The notes beneath the pieces are model-generated. The model did no database searches, was not told the origin of the DNA, and was given only the letters and a program-made list of their open reading frames with translations. A stretch of 64,000 nucleotides of DNA from an uncultured Candidatus Peribacteria bacterium (GTDB lineage: Bacteria; Patescibacteriota; Gracilibacteria; Peribacterales; Peribacteraceae), in the NCBI GenBank assembly GCA_964649695.1, contig CAZYQO010000002.1, positions 66,728 through 130,727 on the forward strand, given 5' to 3'. Positions 7,549-14,668 of the stretch are shown one piece after another. Made by a program: the position numbers and the translations under genes. Within the stretch, counting starts at the first letter, position 1. Every line of letters begins with the position of its first letter.

Positions 7549-10326
7549 TTACAGTGATTTTCGTTCTCGTCTGCGTCGGACGAGCGCCAGCCCCGATGCC
7601 GCGCCAGCCGCCATGGCTGCGAGCGACCCCGGCCCCGTGGAACCGACAGGTGCATGGCTCGGAGGCGCCATCGTGACGGTCTGCAATTGCTGAGGCATGG
7701 CCGGTGCCGCCGCATTGGGGGGCAACTGCGATTGGGTGGGCAGCTCGCGCGCGCAGGTCGTGCTGCAACCGTCTCCTTCAATATGGTTGTGGTCGTCACA
7801 TTGCTCCTGGGGCGCATCCAGAATGCCGTCTCCACAGCGTGCAAGGCTGCAGTCGGTTCTGCAGCGGCTTCCCGGGCGATCGTTGTTTCCTTGGCCACCG
7901 TCACATTCCTCGCCCGCGTCTCGCTGGCCGTTGCCGCAGCTCGAGGAGAGCAGGCGGCAGGTTGTCGTACAACTCATGCCGGCAGGCAGTCGCTGTCCCA
8001 CGTCGCACTGTTCATCCAGTGCCCGCTCGATCACACCGTCCCCACAGAAGCCGCGCTCCAGCAGGCACTGTGCCGTGCAGCCGTCGCCGTTTTGGGTGTT
8101 GCCATCGTCGCATTCTTCATCGCCTTCCTTCGTACTATCTCCACACAGACCCGGAGCGGTGATGTCGTTGATGCCCAGTACGAGGCCGAAAGGGGATGAG
8201 CTTGTTGAGCTGCCGCCGAGAGAGAGCGGCAGCCAGCTGATAGCGGTGGATGCTTCGCCACAGGCGAAACAGGGTGAATCATTCGATTCTTGGCAGCTCT
8301 TTCCTGCGATTGCACAGTAGGCAGCCCCGCCATCCCCGCAGGCATGTCCGCTGCAGATTGCGCCGCCCGCACAGGCGAAACAGGGCGCATCGGCAGACTC
8401 CTGACATGTTTGGCCGGAAATGCCGCAGTAGGCTGTCCCGCCACCTGCACAGGCGTTTCCGTCGCAGGCCGAAGCACTGCAGACAAAGCAGGGCGCGGTG
8501 TCGCTGTTTTGGCAGGTTTGTCCGCTCACTGCGCAGAATTGTGTGCCCCCTTCGCCGCAGGCGTTGCCGCCGCAGGCGAGTGTTACTGCGGAACTGCTTG
8601 TTGTCGGGGTGGATGATAGTGCGCTGGAAGCGCTGGATGCGACTGATGAGGATATGCTGCTTCGCGACGATGTTGTGGACGATGTGGAGATCGTCGATGA
8701 CACGCTTGATGAGGATGTGCTGCCGGGCAATGATGATTGGGAAGATGAACTTCGGGAAGAAGAGCTCCTTGATGAGGGGCTTTTCGACGAAGACGATCTG
8801 CTGCTGGATGAACTGCTCGTCGGACGGATGCAGGCTGCAGCCTTGGGGGCGGGGATGGTGCAGCAGCGGGCGTAGCAAAGGCTGGGGGCGGCTGTACTGT
8901 CTCCAAAATCATCAGTACATAGCCAGCCATTGCCGTATAAACTGTTGCTATCGGTATCATCATTGCCAGTGGAGTTGTCCAAGAACCCACCGCCAGTGAC
9001 AGTTGTTCCTGTGACGCAATTGGTTTTTATTGTGGATTCGCCATTATTTGATCCTACAACTTGCGATACACAATTAAGCGCATCTCCATTCTTTTTGCGC
9101 GCACACACTGCATAGCAGTAGGAATCTGCATTTACAGAATCATCATCATAGCAATGCCATGCATTTCCTTCTTCCGGACGCAAAATATCCTCGTCTTTTG
9201 CAGGAGTGCCATCGGCAAACCCGCCACCGGTGATCGTAAATCCCGCAGGACATTGTGGTTGTGGGTGATTTTGCAGCGGACTTTTAACAGTGATTGTCAT
9301 AACGTCTATTGTTTCTGTTCTGCAGCATACAGCGCTGCAAATAGAATCACTGCCTGGAGGATTTTTTGCGCATTCCCATCCGGTATTGCCGCTTAATGGT
9401 CGCGAAACATCCAGACTATCGTCTGTGACGCCGTATCCGCGCCAGCCTCCGCCTACACTTAAATATCCAGCAGGGCAGTTGATGGCGATGTTGCCAACTC
9501 CACTAGCATCTTGATCTACCGTCATACACGCGCCGCCGGTCAGGGGCTTCATTACTTCTTGCTCCGTTGTGTCATACGTATCCTGGCAACCCGAATCCGC
9601 TAGGTCTTTCTGACCATCACCATCGTTATCGATGTTGTCGTTGCATTGGGAGATATTGCAGTTGGCAGGCCGCGGCGGCGGAGCGGCACTGCTGCGGCTC
9701 GATCTGCTGGCAGATGCGCAGTCCTGCGGACAGCAGATTTTACCAGGCACGGCGTCACAAATGGCCAAGTCCAAGCAAATCTCATTGCTCTGATGAATGC
9801 CGTCGCCGCAACGACCTCCACCGATCGTGCTTGATCCTCCTCCGCCCCCTCCACCGCCTCCTCCTGTCGAGTTGCCTTGTGACGCGGAACTGCTAGCCGG
9901 AGCCGTTGCTACCGAAATGGATACGGATCCTGATGGGCCGGGCACTTGTGACCAAGAGCCGGCTGCATAATAGGCATATCCACAGCTGAGATTGAAGGTG
10001 TCGCTCGCTCGGACTGAAACGGAAGCTATTCCCGAGAGGGACGTTGCACTTCCTGCCACAGTCTGTCCGGCACCATTGGTAAGGTTGCAGTGAAATTGTC
10101 CGTACTCGATGACTGCTCCGTTGCCATTCCACGTAGGTTGATCATATTGCCACTGAAACGTCACGTTCCCTCCTCCTGCCGGCAGGGAGGTTGGGGAAGC
10201 GACGAAAGTATTATGAATGGTCACAGCTGCACCCAGATTCGTTGACCTCCAACGTGCGGTAACCCCCAGCGCAATAAGAAACGCGATCGATGACAGCCCG
10301 GCAAAGAAGAGCGGCCGGCGGATCAT
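7549..10326 (-). CDS. Large modular cell-surface protein (925 aa). Modules in order: signal/anchor, Ig-like N-domain, Gly/Ser linker, IDNDGDG (MopE-like) motif, 3x CPxG-GGGF-GWxC module, Ser-rich stalk, 3x 36-aa Cys repeat, DUF4215/Myxococcus-type Cys-rich repeats, C-terminal sorting-signal-like tail
   Basis: N-terminal hydrophobic segment LFFAGLSSIAFLIALGV. CGDG..E.CDDGN..NGDGC repeats at aa 727-859. C-terminal HAPVGSTGPGSLAAMAAGAASGLALVRRRRERKSL. Start overlaps the upstream stop (ATGA, 10323-10326). Confidence 0.8.
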   Translation of the reverse strand: MIRRPLFFAGLSSIAFLIALGVTARWRSTNLGAAVTIHNTFVASPTSLPAGGGNVTFQWQYDQPTWNGNGAVIEYGQFHCNLTNGAGQTVAGSATSLSGIASVSVRASDTFNLSCGYAYYAAGSWSQVPGPSGSVSISVATAPASSSASQGNSTGGGGGGGGGGSSTIGGGRCGDGIHQSNEICLDLAICDAVPGKICCPQDCASASRSSRSSAAPPPRPANCNISQCNDNIDNDGDGQKDLADSGCQDTYDTTEQEVMKPLTGGACMTVDQDASGVGNIAINCPAGYLSVGGGWRGYGVTDDSLDVSRPLSGNTGWECAKNPPGSDSICSAVCCRTETIDVMTITVKSPLQNHPQPQCPAGFTITGGGFADGTPAKDEDILRPEEGNAWHCYDDDSVNADSYCYAVCARKKNGDALNCVSQVVGSNNGESTIKTNCVTGTTVTGGGFLDNSTGNDDTDSNSLYGNGWLCTDDFGDSTAAPSLCYARCCTIPAPKAAACIRPTSSSSSSRSSSSKSPSSRSSSSRSSSSQSSLPGSTSSSSVSSTISTSSTTSSRSSISSSVASSASSALSSTPTTSSSAVTLACGGNACGEGGTQFCAVSGQTCQNSDTAPCFVCSASACDGNACAGGGTAYCGISGQTCQESADAPCFACAGGAICSGHACGDGGAAYCAIAGKSCQESNDSPCFACGEASTAISWLPLSLGGSSTSSSPFGLVLGINDITAPGLCGDSTKEGDEECDDGNTQNGDGCTAQCLLERGFCGDGVIERALDEQCDVGQRLPAGMSCTTTCRLLSSSCGNGQRDAGEECDGGQGNNDRPGSRCRTDCSLARCGDGILDAPQEQCDDHNHIEGDGCSTTCARELPTQSQLPPNAAAPAMPQQLQTVTMAPPSHAPVGSTGPGSLAAMAAGAASGLALVRRRRERKSL
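7750..8148 (-). repeat. Coding repeats: about 4 copies of the Myxococcus-type cysteine-rich repeat (DUF4215-like) within the 925-aa protein
   Basis: GLCGDSTKEGDEECDDGNTQNGDGCTAQC / FCGDGVIERALDEQCDVG / SCGNGQRDAGEECDGG / RCGDGILDAPQEQCDDHNHIEGDGCSTTC. Confidence 0.7.
8257..8577 (-). repeat. Coding repeats: three tandem ~36-aa six-Cys units (AC..GG...C....G..C.....PCF.C)
   Basis: ACGGNACGEGGTQFCAVSGQTCQNSDTAPCFVCSAS / ACDGNACAGGGTAYCGISGQTCQESADAPCFACAGGA / ICSGHACGDGGAAYCAIAGKSCQESNDSPCFACGEAS. A single copy occurs in the 818-aa paralog (12312-12413). Confidence 0.75.
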
Positions 10327-11999
10327 TGGGTGCAGAGGTTACAGCCTGGTTTGTAGCCCATCATTTTGAAGATGTTGTAGTACCACTCTGTCCCCGAGCA
10401 GCTCTGTTGGAAGCCGCCGTCCTGGGGCAGGAACACAGCCGCCCCATGCGAAGAAGTGGCTTTAGTAAGAGCAAAAGCCGGTTGGGAACCCAACACACTG
10501 CCAACGAATGCGGGTCGGTCGTTTCCCCATGGCGCACTCGAGAGGAGCGTCATGGTCGAGAAATTCTTGCGATAGACCTTGGTGACGCCGGTCATCAGTG
10601 TGTCGGTGGATTGCACCGGAACGCAGTTGTCGGTCTGGTTGGTGACACCCTCGAACTGCAATCCCAGCTGTGCCCCGATCTGATTCACTCTGGAGGCGCA
10701 GTCGAGGCAGTCGGTCGGTTTTTTGCCGTTCAGATTCCCGCCGGAGAGGAGGAGAAGATGCTTGTTGTTCAGGTAGAAGTTCTGCACCGCACTCAATTCC
10801 GTGGCGCTGAGTGCGGCTGACTGGTCGCCGCAGCCGTTCATAACCCAGAGGGCGTCGAACTGGTTGATGAATGCGCTGCTGAACGTCGGCAGCGACACGC
10901 GTGTGTGATAGGTCACGCTGTATCCCATGTTTTTCAGATCTGACACTTCGATCGGATCCGCCGACGTGGCAAAAGGCAGAGGCTGAAGATTCAGGATCAA
11001 AATCGAAGGTTGGTCATCCTGCGACGTGGAGCAGCGCGGATCCTGCGGAGTTACAGAGGAGGCCGATGACGTCGGCAAACCACATCGACTGCCTGTTTCG
11101 CACAGATAATTTTGCACGGGGAAAGCCGGGTCATTACAGCCGACATCGTGCCAGGTATCCCTTGCGCTCTGATGATTCATGAATGTGCAATCGTTCGCGG
11201 CAACGCCATAGTCGATGAATCTGCCATTGGGTTGCCCCCATGCGTATTTGCTGTACGCAAAGGGGAGGCCCGAAGTCCAACGGTATTCGCCTTCCTTCTG
11301 TATGTCGTTCAGTCCAATCCATACATTGGGTTTGTTGTTCAGTGCGGCATACGCCATATTATTCTCAATGTCTGAGAGGATGGTGGCGAGGTGTCCTCCC
11401 TTCGAAACGCAGGATGCTTCTGCCTGCTGCCAACTCAGTGGCGACGTCGAGGAATACACCGTATACCGCAGATCCGGTGTGCATACGGATGAAGACGAAG
11501 AAATGACCGAACTGCTCCGCGGAGAAGATGCAGCTCTGCTACTGCTATTGCGCGATGAAGATGTAGCTCTGCTACTGCTTGTCCCACCACCTCCTCCACT
11601 GCTTGATGTGGAGTTGGGGTTTTGCTGTACGACCGGCGCGCGGTCGTAAAGGCTGATCTTTGGTTTATTGTTGGCGTCCAACAATGCACATGAGACTCCT
11701 GTTTCCGAGTTGTTGGGTTGTGTGAAGGTATACGAACCGCTTACGCCATCGATACGCACATCACCCACTCCCTCCACGAAAAGCAGACAATACCCGTTCG
11801 GATAGCCATAACTGCTCAAGTCCCAATGGATGGTGAGCGGCGCATAGAATGGAGGGCCGGGGGGCAGATTTTGATCAATGAAATTGGCGGTGAGCCTTCT
11901 GGAATCGCTCAAGTGCGTATTGCTGAACACGGCAACACAGAGCACAAGTGCCAGGAGCGAACCCATGATCAGCGGACTGCGGCGAACCACGGTCGGCAT
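10323..11999 (-). CDS. Secreted protein (558 aa): signal peptide, Ig-like domain, Ser-rich linker, canonical C-type lectin domain, shared C-terminal ~220-aa domain
   Basis: CTLD hallmarks at aa 172-302: SWQQAEASCVSKGGHLATILS, VWIGLNDIQKEGEYRWTSG, WGQPNG...DCTFMN...WHDVGC...YLCE. The C-terminal domain is alignable to aa 64-292 of the 818-aa protein. A GGAG lies 9 nt upstream of the ATG. Confidence 0.8.
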   Translation of the reverse strand: MPTVVRRSPLIMGSLLALVLCVAVFSNTHLSDSRRLTANFIDQNLPPGPPFYAPLTIHWDLSSYGYPNGYCLLFVEGVGDVRIDGVSGSYTFTQPNNSETGVSCALLDANNKPKISLYDRAPVVQQNPNSTSSSGGGGGTSSSRATSSSRNSSSRAASSPRSSSVISSSSSVCTPDLRYTVYSSTSPLSWQQAEASCVSKGGHLATILSDIENNMAYAALNNKPNVWIGLNDIQKEGEYRWTSGLPFAYSKYAWGQPNGRFIDYGVAANDCTFMNHQSARDTWHDVGCNDPAFPVQNYLCETGSRCGLPTSSASSVTPQDPRCSTSQDDQPSILILNLQPLPFATSADPIEVSDLKNMGYSVTYHTRVSLPTFSSAFINQFDALWVMNGCGDQSAALSATELSAVQNFYLNNKHLLLLSGGNLNGKKPTDCLDCASRVNQIGAQLGLQFEGVTNQTDNCVPVQSTDTLMTGVTKVYRKNFSTMTLLSSAPWGNDRPAFVGSVLGSQPAFALTKATSSHGAAVFLPQDGGFQQSCSGTEWYYNIFKMMGYKPGCNLCTQ

Positions 12000-12026
12000 T
12001 CTACAGCACTCCGTGCCCGAAAGCCG

Positions 12027-14429
12027 CTAGCCTCGACGGTGTTTTCGCCGGATCCATGCCATCCCCGAAGCTGCTCCTGCAGCCATGATTCCCAGGGTGC
12101 CCGGTCCGGTAGCCCCCACAGGGGCGTGGCTGGCTGCAGGGTGTGGCTGCTGCTGCATCGGTTGGAGCTCTGCAGTAAGGGGTCGTAGTGGCGACACCAT
12201 GGCCGAGGAAGCGGTTCTGCTGCTGCCCGCGGAAGTGGGGGATTCCACACTGACAGTCGGCAGCGCGCGCATGGAAGAAACGGCTGTGACACTTGCTGTC
12301 GTACCTGCAGATAGGCATACGAAACATGGGGCATCGGCAATCTGGGCGCATCGCAGCCCATACCCGGTGCAATACGCCTGGCCGCCGATGGCGCAGGCGT
12401 CGACAGGGCATTGCTGTGCTATTGCCGCTGATGACGAACTTTCTGCACGTGCGATGTTGCTAACCGAAGAAGCGACTGCAATCGATGCAGACGAACGTAT
12501 GAAGGATGCTGCAGATGACGCTGTGGAAGACTCTATACTGGCCGAGGTGCTCGAATCAGTGGAGGAAATGCTGCTGCTTAAGGATTCCCCCGATACTCCT
12601 ACTTCCTGCACAGAGCTGGTGCTGGATTCCGTTGCTGCCATCTGCTGTTCAGAGGAGCTGCTGCCCAATAGAGCAGGAGCGGAAGACGGTATGGATGTGG
12701 CGGAGGAGGGGAGCTGCGGCGGCGGCAGCATGAATGGAGAGAGGGACGAAGAGGTGGATGAAAGTGATTGTTGCGACGAAAGCACCGAAGGCAATGATGA
12801 TGCGGTTACTCCGGCGGATGAAGCTGATTGGACAACAAGGGGGATCACCGGACCTGCGGAAAGCACGTCCTCGGGAAGAGTGCAGCATCGTGCGTAGCAG
12901 ATATTCGCTCCTGTGCCGCTTTTCTTAAGATTTCCGGTTTTACTGCATGCCCAGCCATCCGCTGTCGGCAAAGGCATGCTTTTATCCTGGTCATGATTGC
13001 TGGTGCTCTTATCTTCAAAGCCTCCACCGGTTACAAAGGTTCCCGGTGGGCAGTAGGCGATGGACTCCGGATCCTGTGCGCCGATGACCGATGTCGTTTT
13101 GCATACCATGATGTCGGATGTTTTTCGTTTACCACAAAGAGCAAAGCACCGGCTGCCGCTTTGTTGCTTGGAATCATCGTCGTAGCATGTCCAGCCGTTG
13201 GATTCATCTTGTGGTGCGAAGATGTCTTCGTCTTTTCCTGTTGTCCCGTCGATGAATCCGCCCCCTAGCAACTGTCGGTCAGGGGAGCAGGTGGGTGTCA
13301 GATGGTCACTGAGCCCTCCTTCGCGGTACACAATCGTGGAGTCATACAGGTTTGCATCGCAGCAGATAGCCGTGCAAGTACCCAGTGCATCGTCGCGGTT
13401 GCCTGTGCATTGCCAGCCGCCACCTTCTTCGAATGGCATGGATTGATCGAAGGTTTCGCCACCGCCATTGTTCCACCCGCCGCCCATAATGACGGTGCCT
13501 TTTGGACACGCCACTTTCACGGCACCGGATCCATAGAGCGAACGTTGAACAAACGTGCAGCTGCCGCCTGCAATTTCAGTAGTGATGGGCACGGAGACCG
13601 GATCCTTGCAGGTGACCGCATGACCAAGAAAATCGAAGATTCGTTTATAGAGCAGGCCGTCCTTGCCCGAGCATTGTGCTGAGAATCCCTGATCCTGTGG
13701 GCTGAACACGGCACCTCCGTGATTCTCATCCGGCGGGATGATCGCAAGCGCAGGCTCCTTGTTTTCGGGTATTTCTCCGATGAATTCCGGCTTTGTCTTG
13801 CCCCAGGCGACAGAGCCAATGGTCATTTTCCCACTGGATTCACGGTAGATTTTCTCGATGTTATTAAGCAAGACACTTCCACTTCCTCGTATCGTCCGAC
13901 AGGAGTTTGCGCTGTTCTCGTATCGCACGCGCCCAGAGAATGTGATGCCCAAATTTTCGGAAATATCATTGATGCGTGTCTGGCAATCGGCGCCAGCCGG
14001 GCCGAGATCCCCGCCGGCGTAGTCGTCGCCACCACTGAGAATCAGGCTGCCGCCCTTCAGGTAAAAGTCTTTGATGACGGCAACTTCTCCTGATTTGAAT
14101 GGGTATGATTCCCCGCCGCAGCCTCCATGGATCCAAAGTATGTTATATGAGGACAGCACATCTTTGGTGATTGTTTTGACCGAGAGGTGATTTTCGAGGA
14201 CAACGCCCGTACCCACAAGCGCTTTGATGTCCTGGAATTCTTGCACTTCGCCGTCACGACCGTACAAATTGGGCTGTGCGTTGAAATACAGTATGCGAGG
14301 GGGTGTGCAGGCAGTGTTTACAGTGGTATTGGAAATTTGAGCTTTCCAAGTATCGGGGAAGAACATCGTGAAGCTGCAAATAGTTCCAATGATGAGCGCG
14401 CCATAACTCCAGTAGATCTTCGGTTTCAT
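12027..14429 (-). CDS. Large modular cell-surface protein (about 800 aa): signal anchor, shared ~230-aa domain, 3x CPxG-GGGF-GWxC module, Ser-rich stalk, 1x 36-aa Cys repeat, C-terminal sorting-signal-like tail
   Basis: The ORF track starts at GTG 14483. ATG 14429 (MKPKIYWSYGALIIGTICSFTMFF) gives a typical signal anchor. C-terminal HAPVGATGPGTLGIMAAGAASGMAWIRRKHRRG matches the tail of the 925-aa protein. Confidence 0.75.
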   Translation of the reverse strand: MKPKIYWSYGALIIGTICSFTMFFPDTWKAQISNTTVNTACTPPRILYFNAQPNLYGRDGEVQEFQDIKALVGTGVVLENHLSVKTITKDVLSSYNILWIHGGCGGESYPFKSGEVAVIKDFYLKGGSLILSGGDDYAGGDLGPAGADCQTRINDISENLGITFSGRVRYENSANSCRTIRGSGSVLLNNIEKIYRESSGKMTIGSVAWGKTKPEFIGEIPENKEPALAIIPPDENHGGAVFSPQDQGFSAQCSGKDGLLYKRIFDFLGHAVTCKDPVSVPITTEIAGGSCTFVQRSLYGSGAVKVACPKGTVIMGGGWNNGGGETFDQSMPFEEGGGWQCTGNRDDALGTCTAICCDANLYDSTIVYREGGLSDHLTPTCSPDRQLLGGGFIDGTTGKDEDIFAPQDESNGWTCYDDDSKQQSGSRCFALCGKRKTSDIMVCKTTSVIGAQDPESIAYCPPGTFVTGGGFEDKSTSNHDQDKSMPLPTADGWACSKTGNLKKSGTGANICYARCCTLPEDVLSAGPVIPLVVQSASSAGVTASSLPSVLSSQQSLSSTSSSLSPFMLPPPQLPSSATSIPSSAPALLGSSSSEQQMAATESSTSSVQEVGVSGESLSSSISSTDSSTSASIESSTASSAASFIRSSASIAVASSVSNIARAESSSSAAIAQQCPVDACAIGGQAYCTGYGLRCAQIADAPCFVCLSAGTTASVTAVSSMRALPTVSVESPTSAGSSRTASSAMVSPLRPLTAELQPMQQQPHPAASHAPVGATGPGTLGIMAAGAASGMAWIRRKHRRG

Positions 14430-14652
14430 GTGCGAGAAGAATTCTACCCTGTTTTCATTTTTTGAGGCTAGTGAGAGCCACACACCTCAGTCGGTGTCTG
14501 TTGGGCTATCGTTTGTTCTTAAAAATTTACACAAAGTACATAATAATTTCTAATACTATTTGTACATACTATTTTACCGTAAAACACATACTCTCCTCCA
14601 TTCTGTAACAGCGTTTTTTAGGGCTCCCTCTAGAGCAAAAATGCACTTTTTC

Positions 14653-14661
14653 TGCTATAAT
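14653..14661 (+). promoter_or_regulatory. Extended -10 promoter element TGCTATAAT
   Basis: TGCTATAAT lies 7 nt upstream of TTG 14669 (20 nt upstream of ATG 14681), in the AT-rich divergent intergenic region. It is identical to the element at 21324-21332. Confidence 0.4.
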
Positions 14662-14668
14662 CAAGAGA

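Noticed and set aside
8587-8820. Possible CRISPR-like or tandem DNA repeats in the repetitive Ser-rich region (also 12414-12827 and 11490-11610)
   Set aside because: These are irregular low-complexity coding sequence for Ser/Thr-rich stalks, with no constant-length repeat/spacer structure. No CRISPR array or cas gene was seen anywhere in the window.
11094-11486. Diversity-generating retroelement (DGR) targeting the C-type lectin domain
   Set aside because: No reverse transcriptase ORF and no template/variable repeat pair with adenine-specific differences was found in the window. The domain is the canonical WIGL-type CTLD, not the FGE-like CLec fold of DGR variable proteins.
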